DNA of 64,000 nt from an uncultured Ilumatobacteraceae bacterium (lineage in GTDB: Bacteria; Actinomycetota; Acidimicrobiia; Acidimicrobiales; Ilumatobacteraceae): positions 1,681 through 65,680 of the forward strand of contig CBDUYD010000001.1 in the NCBI GenBank assembly GCA_965371355.1, given 5' to 3'. Below are positions 38,117-48,209 of the stretch, piece by piece (position 1 is the stretch's first letter; every line of letters begins with the position of its first letter). The translations under genes and the position numbers were made by a program. The notes beneath the pieces were generated by a model. That model was not told where the DNA came from and ran no database searches. It saw only the letters and a list, made by a program, of their open reading frames with translations.

Positions 38117-38863
38117 GTGACGCGCTCCAAGCTGGCGGACCGCGGCCCGGGCCTGCGGCTGCTGATCGGTTGTATCGTCGGCACGACGCTGCTCGCGGTG
38201 GCGTCCGCATCGTTAGCCTCCGCGTCGCCAGACGACCCGGTCGACAACCAGTCGCGACTGGTGCCCGTGCCGGCGGGTTGCACGGCACCCGAGCCCGCCG
38301 ACGTGGTGTTCGTCGGCACGGCGACCGGCAAGGATCATCGCGATCAGTTCGTCCGCTTCCAGATCGATCAGGTGCGGGCAGGGTCGACGCGACAGTGGGC
38401 GGTCGGTGGGCTCATCGACATCAGGTACGGCGCCGACTACCGGTTCCTCGACGAGGGCGAGCAGTACCTGGTCGGTGCGGGTTTCGATCCCGAGTACGGC
38501 CGCCTCTCGTCGACGGTGCGACCGCCCACACCGTTGTTCGGTGGGAACGACGTGATCGGGCTGGAAGACGCTTCCGTCGAGTGCCCCGAGTTCGAAGACC
38601 CGGTGCGTACGTTGCTCGTCGATGGCAGCGGCGTCGACTCGGGCCTGATGAGCCTGTTGCTCGACGATCGTCGGCTGTTGGCTGCAACCGTCCTGGTGCC
38701 GACCGCGATCGCGTTCGCGGTGCTACTCGCACTCGTGCTCGTGCGCCGGCTGTGGGGATTCGCGATGAAGGGCGTGATGGAGCTCGGACGAAGCGCCGTG
38801 ACGCCCACCCCCGATCACAAGGCAGTGCGTATCCGCGCCCACAACCATCCGGGCGATCCCTAG
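38117..38863 (+). CDS. Hypothetical exported protein with a C-terminal membrane anchor
   Basis: N-terminal signal-like LLIGCIVGTTLLAVASASLASA and a C-terminal TM segment VLVPTAIAFAVLLALVLV. No recognisable domain. Confidence 0.5.
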   Translation: MTRSKLADRGPGLRLLIGCIVGTTLLAVASASLASASPDDPVDNQSRLVPVPAGCTAPEPADVVFVGTATGKDHRDQFVRFQIDQVRAGSTRQWAVGGLIDIRYGADYRFLDEGEQYLVGAGFDPEYGRLSSTVRPPTPLFGGNDVIGLEDASVECPEFEDPVRTLLVDGSGVDSGLMSLLLDDRRLLAATVLVPTAIAFAVLLALVLVRRLWGFAMKGVMELGRSAVTPTPDHKAVRIRAHNHPGDP

Positions 38864-38868
38864 CGTTC

Positions 38869-41800
38869 TCAGGCCACCAGCCGGCGAACGTCGTCGAGCG
38901 CGTCCGGCCAGCCCTCGATCTCGATCTCGTCGGCCGGCGCATCGGGGCGGCACCGCACGAGGATGCCCCCGACCACCGGCTCGCCGAGCGCACCCTCGAG
39001 CGCGACCCCGTAGGCGGCGAGTTGGAGCCGATATCGGGCGATCCGCTCGTCGGCCTGCGCCGATCCCGACCACTGGTCGGTCTTGTAGTCGACGATGACG
39101 AGCCCGTCCGGAGTGCGTACGAGCAGGTCGACGTACCCCTCGAGAACGCGGTCGGCCACGGGAGCGGCGACGAACAGCTCGCGCCAGTGCTCGGCACCCT
39201 CGACGACCCGGCGAACCGATGGCGCCGACAGCGCCGAGCGTGCCAGTGCGGCCACGCGGGCGTCGAGCCCGATGATCCCCTCGGCGGCGCACTGCGCGCG
39301 GGCGAGGGTGGCGATGTCGTCGCCGTGCTCGAGATCGCAGAACTGCAGCACGCCGTGTACAGCGCGTCCGATAGACGTGCCGTACCGCCCGCGACGCCAC
39401 GGCGCGAGATCGACGTTGACCGGGTGCTTGTCGAGTCCGGCATCGTCGACCGGCTCGGCGTCGGCGACCGACCGCAACTCGTCGGCGAGCCGGGTCGCGG
39501 CGATACCTGTGCGGCGCGAGGCCGCGGCGAGCGCCCGGTTTCGTTCGTCCGCCCACGCCTGCGGATCGGAGTGGTCGAGCTGGAGTGGTGCGGCCGTCTT
39601 CGGTGCGAGCGGAACCACTTCGAACGGTGCGGTGACGACCCCGCAAGCCTCGGTCGCACCTCCGACGTACATCAGCTCGGCCGAGGTGAGCGACGTGCGA
39701 TCTTCGTAGTCGGCGTTGTTCTTGGGCGGTACGGCGCGGTGCGTCGAGACGATGAGGTGATCGACGGCACGGGTGCATGCCACGTACAGCAGGCGCCGGC
39801 GCTCGGCGTCGCCCATCTGTTCGTCGATCGATTGATGTGCGCTGAAGCGTCCGTCGTCGCCGCTCCCGGTGAGCATCCACTCGTCGCCGACGAACACCGC
39901 ACGGTTGCTCGCGGTGCCCTTGCGTCTCGTCGTCAGCCCGGCGACGACCGTGATCGGGAACTCGAGGCCCTTGGCGGCATGGATGGTCATGATCCGCACC
40001 GCATCGGCGTCGTGCTCGGGCAGGATCGTCTCGGCCACCCGACCCTCTGCCGCCTGCAATCGGGTCCAGGTGAGATATCTGCGCATTCCGTGACCTCCCG
40101 CGTCGGCCCACGCCCTCGCCTGCTCGATGACGAACCGCACGCGACGCCAGACGTCGCGCGCATCGGGTCGTTCGAGCGCGAGATCGAGCACCCGGCGCTC
40201 GTCGGCGACCGCGGCGAGCAGGTCGGCGGGGGTCGTCCAGCCGATCCGTTCCGCGATCGAACGGACGTGGGCGATCGCGGCCGAGACCGGATGGTCGCCG
40301 AAGCCGGTCGGCGGCTCGCTCCACAGGCTCCACGACCCGCCTGCGGAGCGCCACTCGTAGAGCTCGATGTCGCTGCATCCGTACAGGGGCGACCGCAGCG
40401 TGGCGACGAGCGCGAGATGATCGGTCGGGTCGTCGGCGGCGCGGAGCGTGAGTAGCAGGTCGCGGATCTCGGCCGTCGCGTAGACGACGGAGGAGTTCTC
40501 GGCCCGGTAGGGGATGCCGGCATCGCGCAGCGCGGCCTCGAGCGCCGGAAGGCTCAGCCTGCTCGGGAGCAGAATGCAGATGTCGCCCGGTCGGCACGGC
40601 CGGAGCATGCCGCTCGGGTCGGCATCGGTGCGTTCGACGACCCGCCAGCCCTCGGCGAGCGCGCTCGAGACCGCCGCGGTGACGTCGAGCGACTCGCGGC
40701 GGCGGAGTTCGTCGGCCGGCCCGTCCTCGCCATCCCAGGAACGATCGAGATCGTCGTGGCGGTCGGCACCGAGCACGGTGACCGACCCGTGATCGAGCAG
40801 AGCCGCCGGGCGACAGGCGTCGAGTGGCTGGAAGGAGGGCTGCGCGTCTTCCTCGAACGTGATCAGCTCATCGAACACCGAGTTGGTGAAGTCGATGACC
40901 GAACGCGTCGAGCGGAAGTTCGCCGACAGCGCGACCGACGAGGCGCCCAACTGGTCGGCGGCGCGCAGGTACTGGGCGATGTCGGCGCGACGGAACCGGT
41001 AGATCGACTGCTTCGGATCACCGACGATGAACAGGCGTCCCGGAACCGGCCGCAGATCGCGCCAATCGCGATCCTGCCCGGGATCGTCCGGTTGGGCTGT
41101 GAGGCGAACCGCGATCTCGAGCTGGATCGGATCGGTGTCCTGGAACTCGTCGAGCAGCACGCGCTCGTACCGCTGGTGCAACATCTGGCGGATGTCGGCG
41201 CGTTCGACCAGCAGGCGTCGGGCGAGCACGAGGAGGTCGTGGAACTCGAGTCGTCCGGCACGCATCCGCTCGGTCGCGCCGTCGAGCACGAAGCAGCGCA
41301 ACACGACCCCGACCACGAGCTGACGGTGCGCCTTGACCTGGGCGACGACGCTCTCGATGCCATCGACCACTTCGCCCGCACGGGCGCGCTGTGCACCGAG
41401 TGCATCGTCGCCGCCGAAGTTCTTCCACGACGTCTTGCGGCCGCCGCGGCGCGCCTTGGAGGCCGGTCGCTTCAACTCGGCGAGCAGTTCGAGCGGGAGC
41501 CGGATCCCGTCGTCGGCGTCGAGTTGCTCGAGCCGCTCGACGATCTCGGCCATTTCCGCGAGGTGCTGAGCCTGGGAATCGTCGGGCGGGACGACCACCG
41601 CGGCCATCTGGCGGACGGGACCGACGACCGCTGCGAGGTCGAGTGCCAGCGGCCCGGGATCGTCGGGCGACACCCGCTCGTCGACGAGATCCCAGTTGGC
41701 TGCGAAATCCTCGGCGATGCCGCGGAGGATGCGCTTGATGTTGAACCTGTCGAACTCGCACAGTTCGACGAACTGCCGACCGCCGGCGATCAGGCCCCGC

Positions 41801-42327
41801 TCCGGTTCGGCCTCGGAGAGCAGATCGTCGAGCAAGTCCTCCCAGCGCTCGTCGAAGGCGAGATTGCTCTCGAGTTCGTCGAGGACCGAGAATCCGGGTG
41901 GAATGCGCGCCTCGATCGGGAAGTCGAAGAGGATCCTCCGGGCGAACGCGTGGAGCGTGCCGATCGGAGCGTGATCGAGGCGCTCGAGCGCGGCCCTCGC
42001 GAGATCGGCTATGTCGGGCCGCGAAAGCGCATCGGTCAGACGCTCGCGAACGCGACCGCGCAGCTCGGCGGCCGCCTTCTCGGTGAACGTGATCGCCGCG
42101 ATCCCGGTGATCGGAACTCCGCTCGCCACGAGGTTGACGATCCGCCCGACGAGCGACGAGGTCTTGCCCGCTCCGGCGCCGGCCTCGACGAACAGCGTGT
42201 GATCGAGATCGTCGCGGATGCGCGTCCGCGCGGCGTCGTCGGGGGGAGTGCCGGTCTCGACCCGGGCGGTGGCGTCGGCACCGACGTCGAACGAGAGTTG
42301 CTCGGCATTCTGCGCCTCGCCGGTCAT
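38869..42327 (-). CDS. adnB: UvrD/Rep-type helicase fused to a RecB-family nuclease (AdnB/AddA-like)
   Basis: Walker A EAGAGAGKTSSL. DEFQDT (motif II). UvrD-like C-domain. C-terminal PD-(D/E)xK motif GYVDLLV...VIVDYKTD. ATG 42327 overlaps the upstream stop (ATGA). Confidence 0.85.
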   Translation of the reverse strand: MTGEAQNAEQLSFDVGADATARVETGTPPDDAARTRIRDDLDHTLFVEAGAGAGKTSSLVGRIVNLVASGVPITGIAAITFTEKAAAELRGRVRERLTDALSRPDIADLARAALERLDHAPIGTLHAFARRILFDFPIEARIPPGFSVLDELESNLAFDERWEDLLDDLLSEAEPERGLIAGGRQFVELCEFDRFNIKRILRGIAEDFAANWDLVDERVSPDDPGPLALDLAAVVGPVRQMAAVVVPPDDSQAQHLAEMAEIVERLEQLDADDGIRLPLELLAELKRPASKARRGGRKTSWKNFGGDDALGAQRARAGEVVDGIESVVAQVKAHRQLVVGVVLRCFVLDGATERMRAGRLEFHDLLVLARRLLVERADIRQMLHQRYERVLLDEFQDTDPIQLEIAVRLTAQPDDPGQDRDWRDLRPVPGRLFIVGDPKQSIYRFRRADIAQYLRAADQLGASSVALSANFRSTRSVIDFTNSVFDELITFEEDAQPSFQPLDACRPAALLDHGSVTVLGADRHDDLDRSWDGEDGPADELRRRESLDVTAAVSSALAEGWRVVERTDADPSGMLRPCRPGDICILLPSRLSLPALEAALRDAGIPYRAENSSVVYATAEIRDLLLTLRAADDPTDHLALVATLRSPLYGCSDIELYEWRSAGGSWSLWSEPPTGFGDHPVSAAIAHVRSIAERIGWTTPADLLAAVADERRVLDLALERPDARDVWRRVRFVIEQARAWADAGGHGMRRYLTWTRLQAAEGRVAETILPEHDADAVRIMTIHAAKGLEFPITVVAGLTTRRKGTASNRAVFVGDEWMLTGSGDDGRFSAHQSIDEQMGDAERRRLLYVACTRAVDHLIVSTHRAVPPKNNADYEDRTSLTSAELMYVGGATEACGVVTAPFEVVPLAPKTAAPLQLDHSDPQAWADERNRALAAASRRTGIAATRLADELRSVADAEPVDDAGLDKHPVNVDLAPWRRGRYGTSIGRAVHGVLQFCDLEHGDDIATLARAQCAAEGIIGLDARVAALARSALSAPSVRRVVEGAEHWRELFVAAPVADRVLEGYVDLLVRTPDGLVIVDYKTDQWSGSAQADERIARYRLQLAAYGVALEGALGEPVVGGILVRCRPDAPADEIEIEGWPDALDDVRRLVA

Positions 42328-45300
42328 GAGTGGGCTCCCGTCTCGGCTCCCGTGTCGACGATGTCGTCGGGGGCGAACCACCGGGCGATCGTGGGGTCGT
42401 GACGCTTCCGGTTCCACTCGCCCCAGCGGTCGCCGGGCCCCAGATGATCGGGCTCGCAGTACTCGCACTCGACGAACATCCGGAATCCCGGTCTCATCGG
42501 CCGGTTGGGGTAGTAACCGCCCTCGATGCCGTCGATGACCGTGTCGAACCCAGCCCCGACACGGTTCCAGACCTCATCGGTCAACTCATAGCCCTCGCGC
42601 TGGTAGCCGCCCTTGGCGAGGAGGCTGTACTCGGCCAGCACCCGAGCGTCGGCCTCGCCCGTCAGCACCCGCGCCGCCGCCGCGTATCCCGGAAGCTGAA
42701 ATGCGGAGCCCTCGAGGGTCGGGTCGTCCGGACCGAGATTCGAGTACTTGTTCGCACCGGTCTTGTGGTCGGTGACGATCAGCATCCCGTCTGCGGCACG
42801 GTCGATGCGGTCGACCGCTCCGGTGATCGCGAGCGAACGGCCCGAGGGGAGTGCGAGGCGGACGTCGTCGCCGGAAAAGCGGTACTCGGTCGCGATCACG
42901 CTCGATCCGCGCTCGGCCACCCGCTCGCCGTCGTGCTCGAGCCACTCCAGGAGGTCGGCCTCCATCCGTTTGCGCTCGTCGGCCCAGTAGGCCGGCCTGC
43001 CGGTGCGGCCCCGTCGCTCGGATCGGTCGCAAACCTCGGTGAGGAATCTGCTGAGCGCGCAGCGGTGCACATCGCTCCACCCGGTCGAGGTCGGCTGTGG
43101 AAGGTCGCCCGCGATGACGGCCCTGTGGAACAGATCGAGAGCGTCGTGGTGCAGGCTGCCGCGTTCGAGCGCAGTGATCGTGATCTCGCTGTCGGGCTCG
43201 TCGATCGGCCTCACCCCCAGCATGTACCTCATGAAGTACGCGTGCGGGCATGCGGTCCACAGCTCGAGCCGGCTCGCCGACACGGCGCGGTCGAGGCGCG
43301 GCACACCGACCGACGACAGATTCCCGTCGTACTCGGTGAGCAGGTCGGAGCGCCGACCGTCGAGCAGGCCGACGCCCCGCTGGAGCACCGCATCGTCAGC
43401 AGCGCCCGAGGCCTCGGCGACCATGCCACCGGCGAGAACGTGGCCGTATCGCGTGCGCAGCCGGTATTCGGCCGGCGACGACGGGAATGCCGTGCCGACG
43501 AGTCCTGCCATGTGCGACTCGACCGTCAGCGCGGGTTCGCTCTGGATGAAGGGCGCGATCCATCGCGACGCGAGGCGCGTGGACGTCGACCGGAGGTCGC
43601 CGCGCGGAACGGTGATCGTCGTGTCGGCGGTGGCGAGGACGGCGTGGAACCGTAAATGGAGACGCAGGGAGCGCTCGTCGGAGCCGGCGAGCCCGGCGGC
43701 ACGACGATCGGCGTCGGATACCAACGGGTCGCTCCGGGGCACCGGCGGGAGGATGCCCTCGGCCGCCCCGACGATGACGGCCACGTCGATGTCGAGGCCG
43801 ACCGCACCCTCGAGTGGTCCGATCGTGACGCCGTCGCCGATACGGCCCTGGCGCGGCAGCATCGTATCGAGTTCGGCTGCCAGCGTGGAGCGGAAGCGGT
43901 GCCGGGTGACGGGGTCGCCGACGGGATCGAGGTGCCGCAGGCGGTCGAGGGCGGCGGTCAGCGACTCCCACGCCCGGTACTCGGGCTCGGCCAGCCGCTC
44001 GAGCGTGTGGCGCCCGATCCAGCGTTCGAGCTGTGCTTCGCACCACTCGGCCCAGTGCCACCAGCGCCGCGTGGCGTCGCGGTGACCGAGCGAGCCGCGC
44101 AGATCGGCGACGAACGCCGAGAGTGCGGCGGCATCGTCGCCCCAGCGCTCGTGATCGGAGAGCGCGGCGAGGCGGGGAACCCAGTCGGCGTCTCGGGCGA
44201 TACCCGCTTCGCGGCTGAGACGTTCCCACGCCGCGCTCGGGAGGTAAAGCCCGTCGGGGTCGCGCGCGGGAACGTCGGCGAGTAGCGCGAACAGGTCGCG
44301 CCTGCGGAGTCCGCGTTGATCGAGGTCGAGCAGATCGAGCAGCAGCCGGCAGACGAGGCGTTCGCTCAGCCCGGTTCCGGGTCGGCCGTTCCAGCGGATG
44401 TCGGCGGCGTCGAGATGGTGCTCGATCAGCCGTGCGTAGGGCTCGTGCGCCGGCCAGAGTACGGCGATTCGTTCGAGCGGCGTGCCCGCCCTCGCCGCAT
44501 CGACCACCGAGCGCGCGGCGATGCGCGCCTCGTCGTCGGCATCGGTGGTCGACACGATGCGTTGGGGCGTCGGGTCGGTTCGGGGTTCGCTCGAACGACC
44601 GTCGGCGAGAGCGTCGATCGCGTCGAGGCCGGTTGCCGTGCCGAACTCGTCGAGCAGCGCGTCGCCGTTCGATTCGACGAGGATGCGCACTTCGATCTGT
44701 GACCCGAGCGCTCGGAGGAACGCGAGCGGGCGCCCGCTGAGATCCTGCGGGAGGTACACGACGACCCGCCGCAGCCCGCGCATGGAGCCATCTCCGACCG
44801 CGCTGGTGGCGCCGACGTAGAGATCTGCCTCGTCGTACCAGTCGTGGCGGAGGCGCTCGACGACGGCGTTGCTGACGCGGACCGCCTCGGCCCCACGGCG
44901 CGACGACGCGGAGAGCGCGGCGACGGCGTCATCGCCTGCCAGTCGGAGCTCGGTGTGCAGCCCGCGGAGCGCGACGATCGTCGAGGGGTGGTCGGCGACG
45001 TCGGCGAACGATCCGGGCCGATCGGAGAGGACCTTGGCGATCGCGAGGTCGACGACCGGTGCGGAGATGGGGGAGCGGTCCGCGGCCGCGAGTGCGGGTC
45101 CGGCGATGAGTTCCGCGAGCCGGTTGAGCGTGACCATGTCGATGCCGACGACGCCGCCGCGGCGCCCCAGCCAACGCCTCGCCATCACCCCGCACGCGTT
45201 GGTCGGCACGATCACGGTGACCGGCGCGAGCAGGTCGTCGCGCTTCGCCCCGCGGATCTCGCGCGACAGCGCATCGAGAGCGGCCTCGGGGGTGACCGCG

Positions 45301-45347
45301 GCCGCGGTGAGTGACATGGATCCGATCGTATTGAAGGGGTGTGGCAT
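42324..45347 (-). CDS. adnA: AdnA/AddB-like helicase-nuclease subunit with a PD-(D/E)xK nuclease C-domain
   Basis: C-terminal nuclease motif GAVDRIDRA...LIVTDHKTG and CEYC near the end. I could not find a canonical GxGKT Walker A in the N-terminal region. Translationally coupled to the downstream gene. Confidence 0.7.
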   Translation of the reverse strand: MPHPFNTIGSMSLTAAAVTPEAALDALSREIRGAKRDDLLAPVTVIVPTNACGVMARRWLGRRGGVVGIDMVTLNRLAELIAGPALAAADRSPISAPVVDLAIAKVLSDRPGSFADVADHPSTIVALRGLHTELRLAGDDAVAALSASSRRGAEAVRVSNAVVERLRHDWYDEADLYVGATSAVGDGSMRGLRRVVVYLPQDLSGRPLAFLRALGSQIEVRILVESNGDALLDEFGTATGLDAIDALADGRSSEPRTDPTPQRIVSTTDADDEARIAARSVVDAARAGTPLERIAVLWPAHEPYARLIEHHLDAADIRWNGRPGTGLSERLVCRLLLDLLDLDQRGLRRRDLFALLADVPARDPDGLYLPSAAWERLSREAGIARDADWVPRLAALSDHERWGDDAAALSAFVADLRGSLGHRDATRRWWHWAEWCEAQLERWIGRHTLERLAEPEYRAWESLTAALDRLRHLDPVGDPVTRHRFRSTLAAELDTMLPRQGRIGDGVTIGPLEGAVGLDIDVAVIVGAAEGILPPVPRSDPLVSDADRRAAGLAGSDERSLRLHLRFHAVLATADTTITVPRGDLRSTSTRLASRWIAPFIQSEPALTVESHMAGLVGTAFPSSPAEYRLRTRYGHVLAGGMVAEASGAADDAVLQRGVGLLDGRRSDLLTEYDGNLSSVGVPRLDRAVSASRLELWTACPHAYFMRYMLGVRPIDEPDSEITITALERGSLHHDALDLFHRAVIAGDLPQPTSTGWSDVHRCALSRFLTEVCDRSERRGRTGRPAYWADERKRMEADLLEWLEHDGERVAERGSSVIATEYRFSGDDVRLALPSGRSLAITGAVDRIDRAADGMLIVTDHKTGANKYSNLGPDDPTLEGSAFQLPGYAAAARVLTGEADARVLAEYSLLAKGGYQREGYELTDEVWNRVGAGFDTVIDGIEGGYYPNRPMRPGFRMFVECEYCEPDHLGPGDRWGEWNRKRHDPTIARWFAPDDIVDTGAETGAHS

Positions 45348-45386
45348 CTATTCGGGCTTCACTCGGGCCAGCTACGGTCGGATCGC

Positions 45387-45968
45387 GTGATCCGCCTCTC
45401 CACTCCCGACGACCGCCGGCGGCTGTGCACCACCGCGATGCGCGCGTTCGTCGACGACCCGGTGATGCGCTGGCTCTATCCGGACGACGACGTGTTCCTC
45501 GCGCCCGGTGGTGAGGTGTTCCGCGGCGCGATGGTCGGCTGGCAGACGAACAACGAGGTGTGGTGCACCGACGACATTGCCGCGCTCGCCGTGTGGATCC
45601 AACCCGGACGCCCGTCGGACGAGGTTGTCGTCGAACCGCCCGTCCCAGCTCCGTCGCCGGAACTCGTCGAGCGGTTCACGACGCTGGGCGGCTTCATGGC
45701 CGACAACACCCCGCCCGAGGAGCACTGGTACCTGCAACTGTTGGCGACCCATCCCGATTGGCAGCGACAGGGATTCGGGGCGCGCATGATGCACGCGATG
45801 TTCGAACGCACCGACGCCGAGGGATTGCCGTGCTATCTCGAGACCGAGACCGCCGAGAACGTCGCGTACTACCGGCGCTACGGGTTCGACGTTCGTTCGG
45901 AGTGGGACGTGACCGACGGACCGCACATGTGGGGGATGTTGCGGCCACCCGACGCCGATCGGTGCTGA
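45387..45968 (+). CDS. GNAT family N-acetyltransferase
   Basis: Acetyl-CoA binding motif HPDWQRQGFGARMM and C-terminal YYRRYGF. GTG 45387 is preferred over the listed start at 45339, which would overlap adnA. Confidence 0.8.
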   Translation: MIRLSTPDDRRRLCTTAMRAFVDDPVMRWLYPDDDVFLAPGGEVFRGAMVGWQTNNEVWCTDDIAALAVWIQPGRPSDEVVVEPPVPAPSPELVERFTTLGGFMADNTPPEEHWYLQLLATHPDWQRQGFGARMMHAMFERTDAEGLPCYLETETAENVAYYRRYGFDVRSEWDVTDGPHMWGMLRPPDADRC

Positions 45969-46025
45969 GCTCCGAGCGTCGAGCGGTGATCGTCGATCCG
46001 CCGGTGTCGAGCCAGTGGTGCTGAA

Positions 46026-46706
46026 CTATTGGTGCTGAGCGGCTTCGGCGCGCGATCTGAGGTCGCTCACCGCGTGGCCGAGACCCTCTGGATCGCGATA
46101 GAGAGCGCTTCCCGCCACGAGCACGTCGGCGCCCGCCATCACCGCGCCTGCGACGGTCGAAGGACCGATCCCCCCGTCGACCTCGAGACCGATCTCGTAC
46201 CCCGACACGTCGATCATCCTCCGGATCTCGACGATCTTGGGCTGCATCGTCGAAATGTAGGACTGGCCCCCGAAACCCGGGTTGACCGTCATCACGAGCA
46301 CGAGGTCGACGAGGTCGAGCACGTGTGAGATCGCCACCGCCGGAGTCGCCGGGTTGAGCGCGACCCCCGCGCTCGCGCCGAGCGACCCGATGTTGCCCAG
46401 GGTGCGGTGGAGATGCGGGCACGCCTCGGCGTGCACGATCAGGCGCGAGCAACCCGCGTCGATGTAGGCCGCGGCCATCGCATCGGGGGCGTTGACCATC
46501 AGGTGCGCCTCGAACGGCACGGTGCAGTGGGATCGGGCGGCCGCGATGATGTCGGGTCCGAACGTGAGGTTCGGTACGAACTGCCCATCCATGACATCCC
46601 ACTGGATGAGATCGACGCCGGCGTCCTCGAGCGCCCGGACCTCGTGGCCGAGACGCGAGAAATCGGCGGGCAACACGGACGGAGCGATCTGGATCGGGCG
46701 GGCCAT
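46026..46706 (-). CDS. rpe: Ribulose-phosphate 3-epimerase
   Basis: IAPSVLPADFSRLG, DVMDGQFVPN, MTVNPGFGGQ and VDGGI motifs. These are the 226 aa at the 3' end of the artefactual 1012-aa ORF. Confidence 0.95.
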   Translation of the reverse strand: MARPIQIAPSVLPADFSRLGHEVRALEDAGVDLIQWDVMDGQFVPNLTFGPDIIAAARSHCTVPFEAHLMVNAPDAMAAAYIDAGCSRLIVHAEACPHLHRTLGNIGSLGASAGVALNPATPAVAISHVLDLVDLVLVMTVNPGFGGQSYISTMQPKIVEIRRMIDVSGYEIGLEVDGGIGPSTVAGAVMAGADVLVAGSALYRDPEGLGHAVSDLRSRAEAAQHQ

Positions 46707-46717
46707 CGGGTCGCACG

Positions 46718-46927
46718 TTACCGATCGTGTTCGGCCTGTCCCGTCTCCCACTCGTCGTCCGCCTCGTCCCACGACTCGTTGCGCGACTCGACCTTGTCCC
46801 TCCAGTGCTGGGCCTCGTTCCGGCTCGGATACGGACCGAGCATCTGATCGCCGGGACCACGCTCGTCGGCGGTGACGGCAATGCCCCGGTCGAGATCCCA
46901 GTACCACTCGACCTGCTCGTTCTCCAC
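46718..46927 (-). CDS. Small conserved hypothetical protein (Trp/acidic-rich, 69 aa)
   Basis: MENEQVEWYWDLDRG...GPYPSRNEAQHWRDKVESRNESWDE. GC3-rich. Co-directional with rpe and 11 nt upstream of it. Confidence 0.55.
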   Translation of the reverse strand: MENEQVEWYWDLDRGIAVTADERGPGDQMLGPYPSRNEAQHWRDKVESRNESWDEADDEWETGQAEHDR

Positions 46928-46964
46928 GAATCAAGTGTTGCACAGTGGACCGTACGATGGCTGT

Positions 46965-48179
46965 GTGAGTCCAACACTCCGAGTCGATCGCCTGGTCGCC
47001 GGTGGCGACGCGATGGGGCGCGACGATGACGGTCGGGTCGTCTTCGTCCGCGGTGCCTTGCCCGGTGAACTGGTCGAGGTCGGGATCGAATCCGAGAAGC
47101 GGGACTTCGCACGGGGGCGAACGATCGAGGTGGTCGAAGCGTCGCCGGACCGCATCGTTGCATCGTGCGCACACCGCCTCGCCGGATGCGGAGGGTGCGG
47201 CTGGATGCACATCTCGATCGACGCGCAGCGGCGGGCGAAGGCCGAGATCGTGCGCGAGTCGCTCCGCCGGATCGGGCGGCTCGACGCCGATGAGATCGAG
47301 CGGATCGTCACGATCGGTGGCAGCATCGACCCGTCGGGAGCGCGAACGAGCCTGCGGGTCGTCGGCGACACCGAAAGGCGTCCGGCCTTCCGGCGTGAGT
47401 CGAGTGACGACACGATCGGGCTGCGGTCGTGCGAGGTCGCCCACCCGAACTTCGACCGCATCCTGCCGACGCTCGACATCGAACCGGGTCTCGAGGTGGA
47501 GTTGCGCACCTCGGCCTCCACAGGAGGGGTCACGGCGCGGTGGAAGCGTTCGCGGACCGGTTCGTCGGCAGGCCGAGTGAGCGGCCTGCCTCCGGATGTG
47601 CACATCGGCGACCGCGCCTGGCTCATCGAGACCGTCGACGGGCACGACCTGCGCGTCTCGGCGGCGTCGTTCTTCCAATCGAGTGCGCAGGGCGCTGAGC
47701 TGCTGGTCGACGCCGTACGGCGTCACGCGCCCGAACTCGCAGCCGGCGGCCATGTCATCGACGCCTACGGCGGCGTCGGTCTCTTCGCGGTGACCGCCGC
47801 ATCGGGCGCACGTCTCGTCACCGTGGTCGAATCGTCGCGCTCGGCGTGCTTCGACGCCGAGCACAACCTCGCCGGCCGCAACGCCCGCGTCGTCCGCGGC
47901 GAGGTGGGCCGTTGGAAGCCGGACGAAGATGCTCCGGTCGATCTCGTAATAGCCGATCCCGCTCGGCCGGGACTCGGCCGACCGGGCGTCGCCGCGCTCG
48001 CCGCGGCGTTCCCGGCTCCGATCGTGCTCGTGAGCTGCGACCCGGTCTCGCTCGCACGGGACGCGGCGCTCCTGCGCGAGTCCGGCTACCGCCCCGTGGC
48101 GGTCGAGGTCATCGACCTGTTCCCGCACACCCCACACGTCGAGACGGTGACGCGCTTCATCCACGCCGAACCGACCTGA
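46965..48179 (+). CDS. TRAM-domain class I SAM-dependent RNA (uracil-5) methyltransferase, RlmD/RumA-like
   Basis: TRAM-like N-terminus (VDRLVAGGDAMGR...GELVEV), a Cys cluster, SAM fold DAYGGVGLF, DPARPGLG and nucleophile region VSCDPVSLARD. GTG 46965 is preferred. Confidence 0.8.
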   Translation: MSPTLRVDRLVAGGDAMGRDDDGRVVFVRGALPGELVEVGIESEKRDFARGRTIEVVEASPDRIVASCAHRLAGCGGCGWMHISIDAQRRAKAEIVRESLRRIGRLDADEIERIVTIGGSIDPSGARTSLRVVGDTERRPAFRRESSDDTIGLRSCEVAHPNFDRILPTLDIEPGLEVELRTSASTGGVTARWKRSRTGSSAGRVSGLPPDVHIGDRAWLIETVDGHDLRVSAASFFQSSAQGAELLVDAVRRHAPELAAGGHVIDAYGGVGLFAVTAASGARLVTVVESSRSACFDAEHNLAGRNARVVRGEVGRWKPDEDAPVDLVIADPARPGLGRPGVAALAAAFPAPIVLVSCDPVSLARDAALLRESGYRPVAVEVIDLFPHTPHVETVTRFIHAEPT

Positions 48180-48209
48180 CCACACGACGAGCGACGTACC
48201 CTGTCGCCC

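Noticed and set aside
36775-45347. YraN endonuclease-like gene plus the large helicase-nuclease pair as a restriction or defence island
   Set aside because: yraN sits in its conserved position downstream of the rplS cluster, and the AdnAB/AddAB-type enzymes are housekeeping double-strand-break processors. No methyltransferase or specificity subunits are present.
45955-46040. Three GGTGCTGA(R)C copies around the convergent GNAT and rpe stops
   Set aside because: These are short 8-9-mers, two of which are simply stop-codon contexts of the two genes. I see no structure or further pattern, so the likely explanation is chance or a small slippage duplication.
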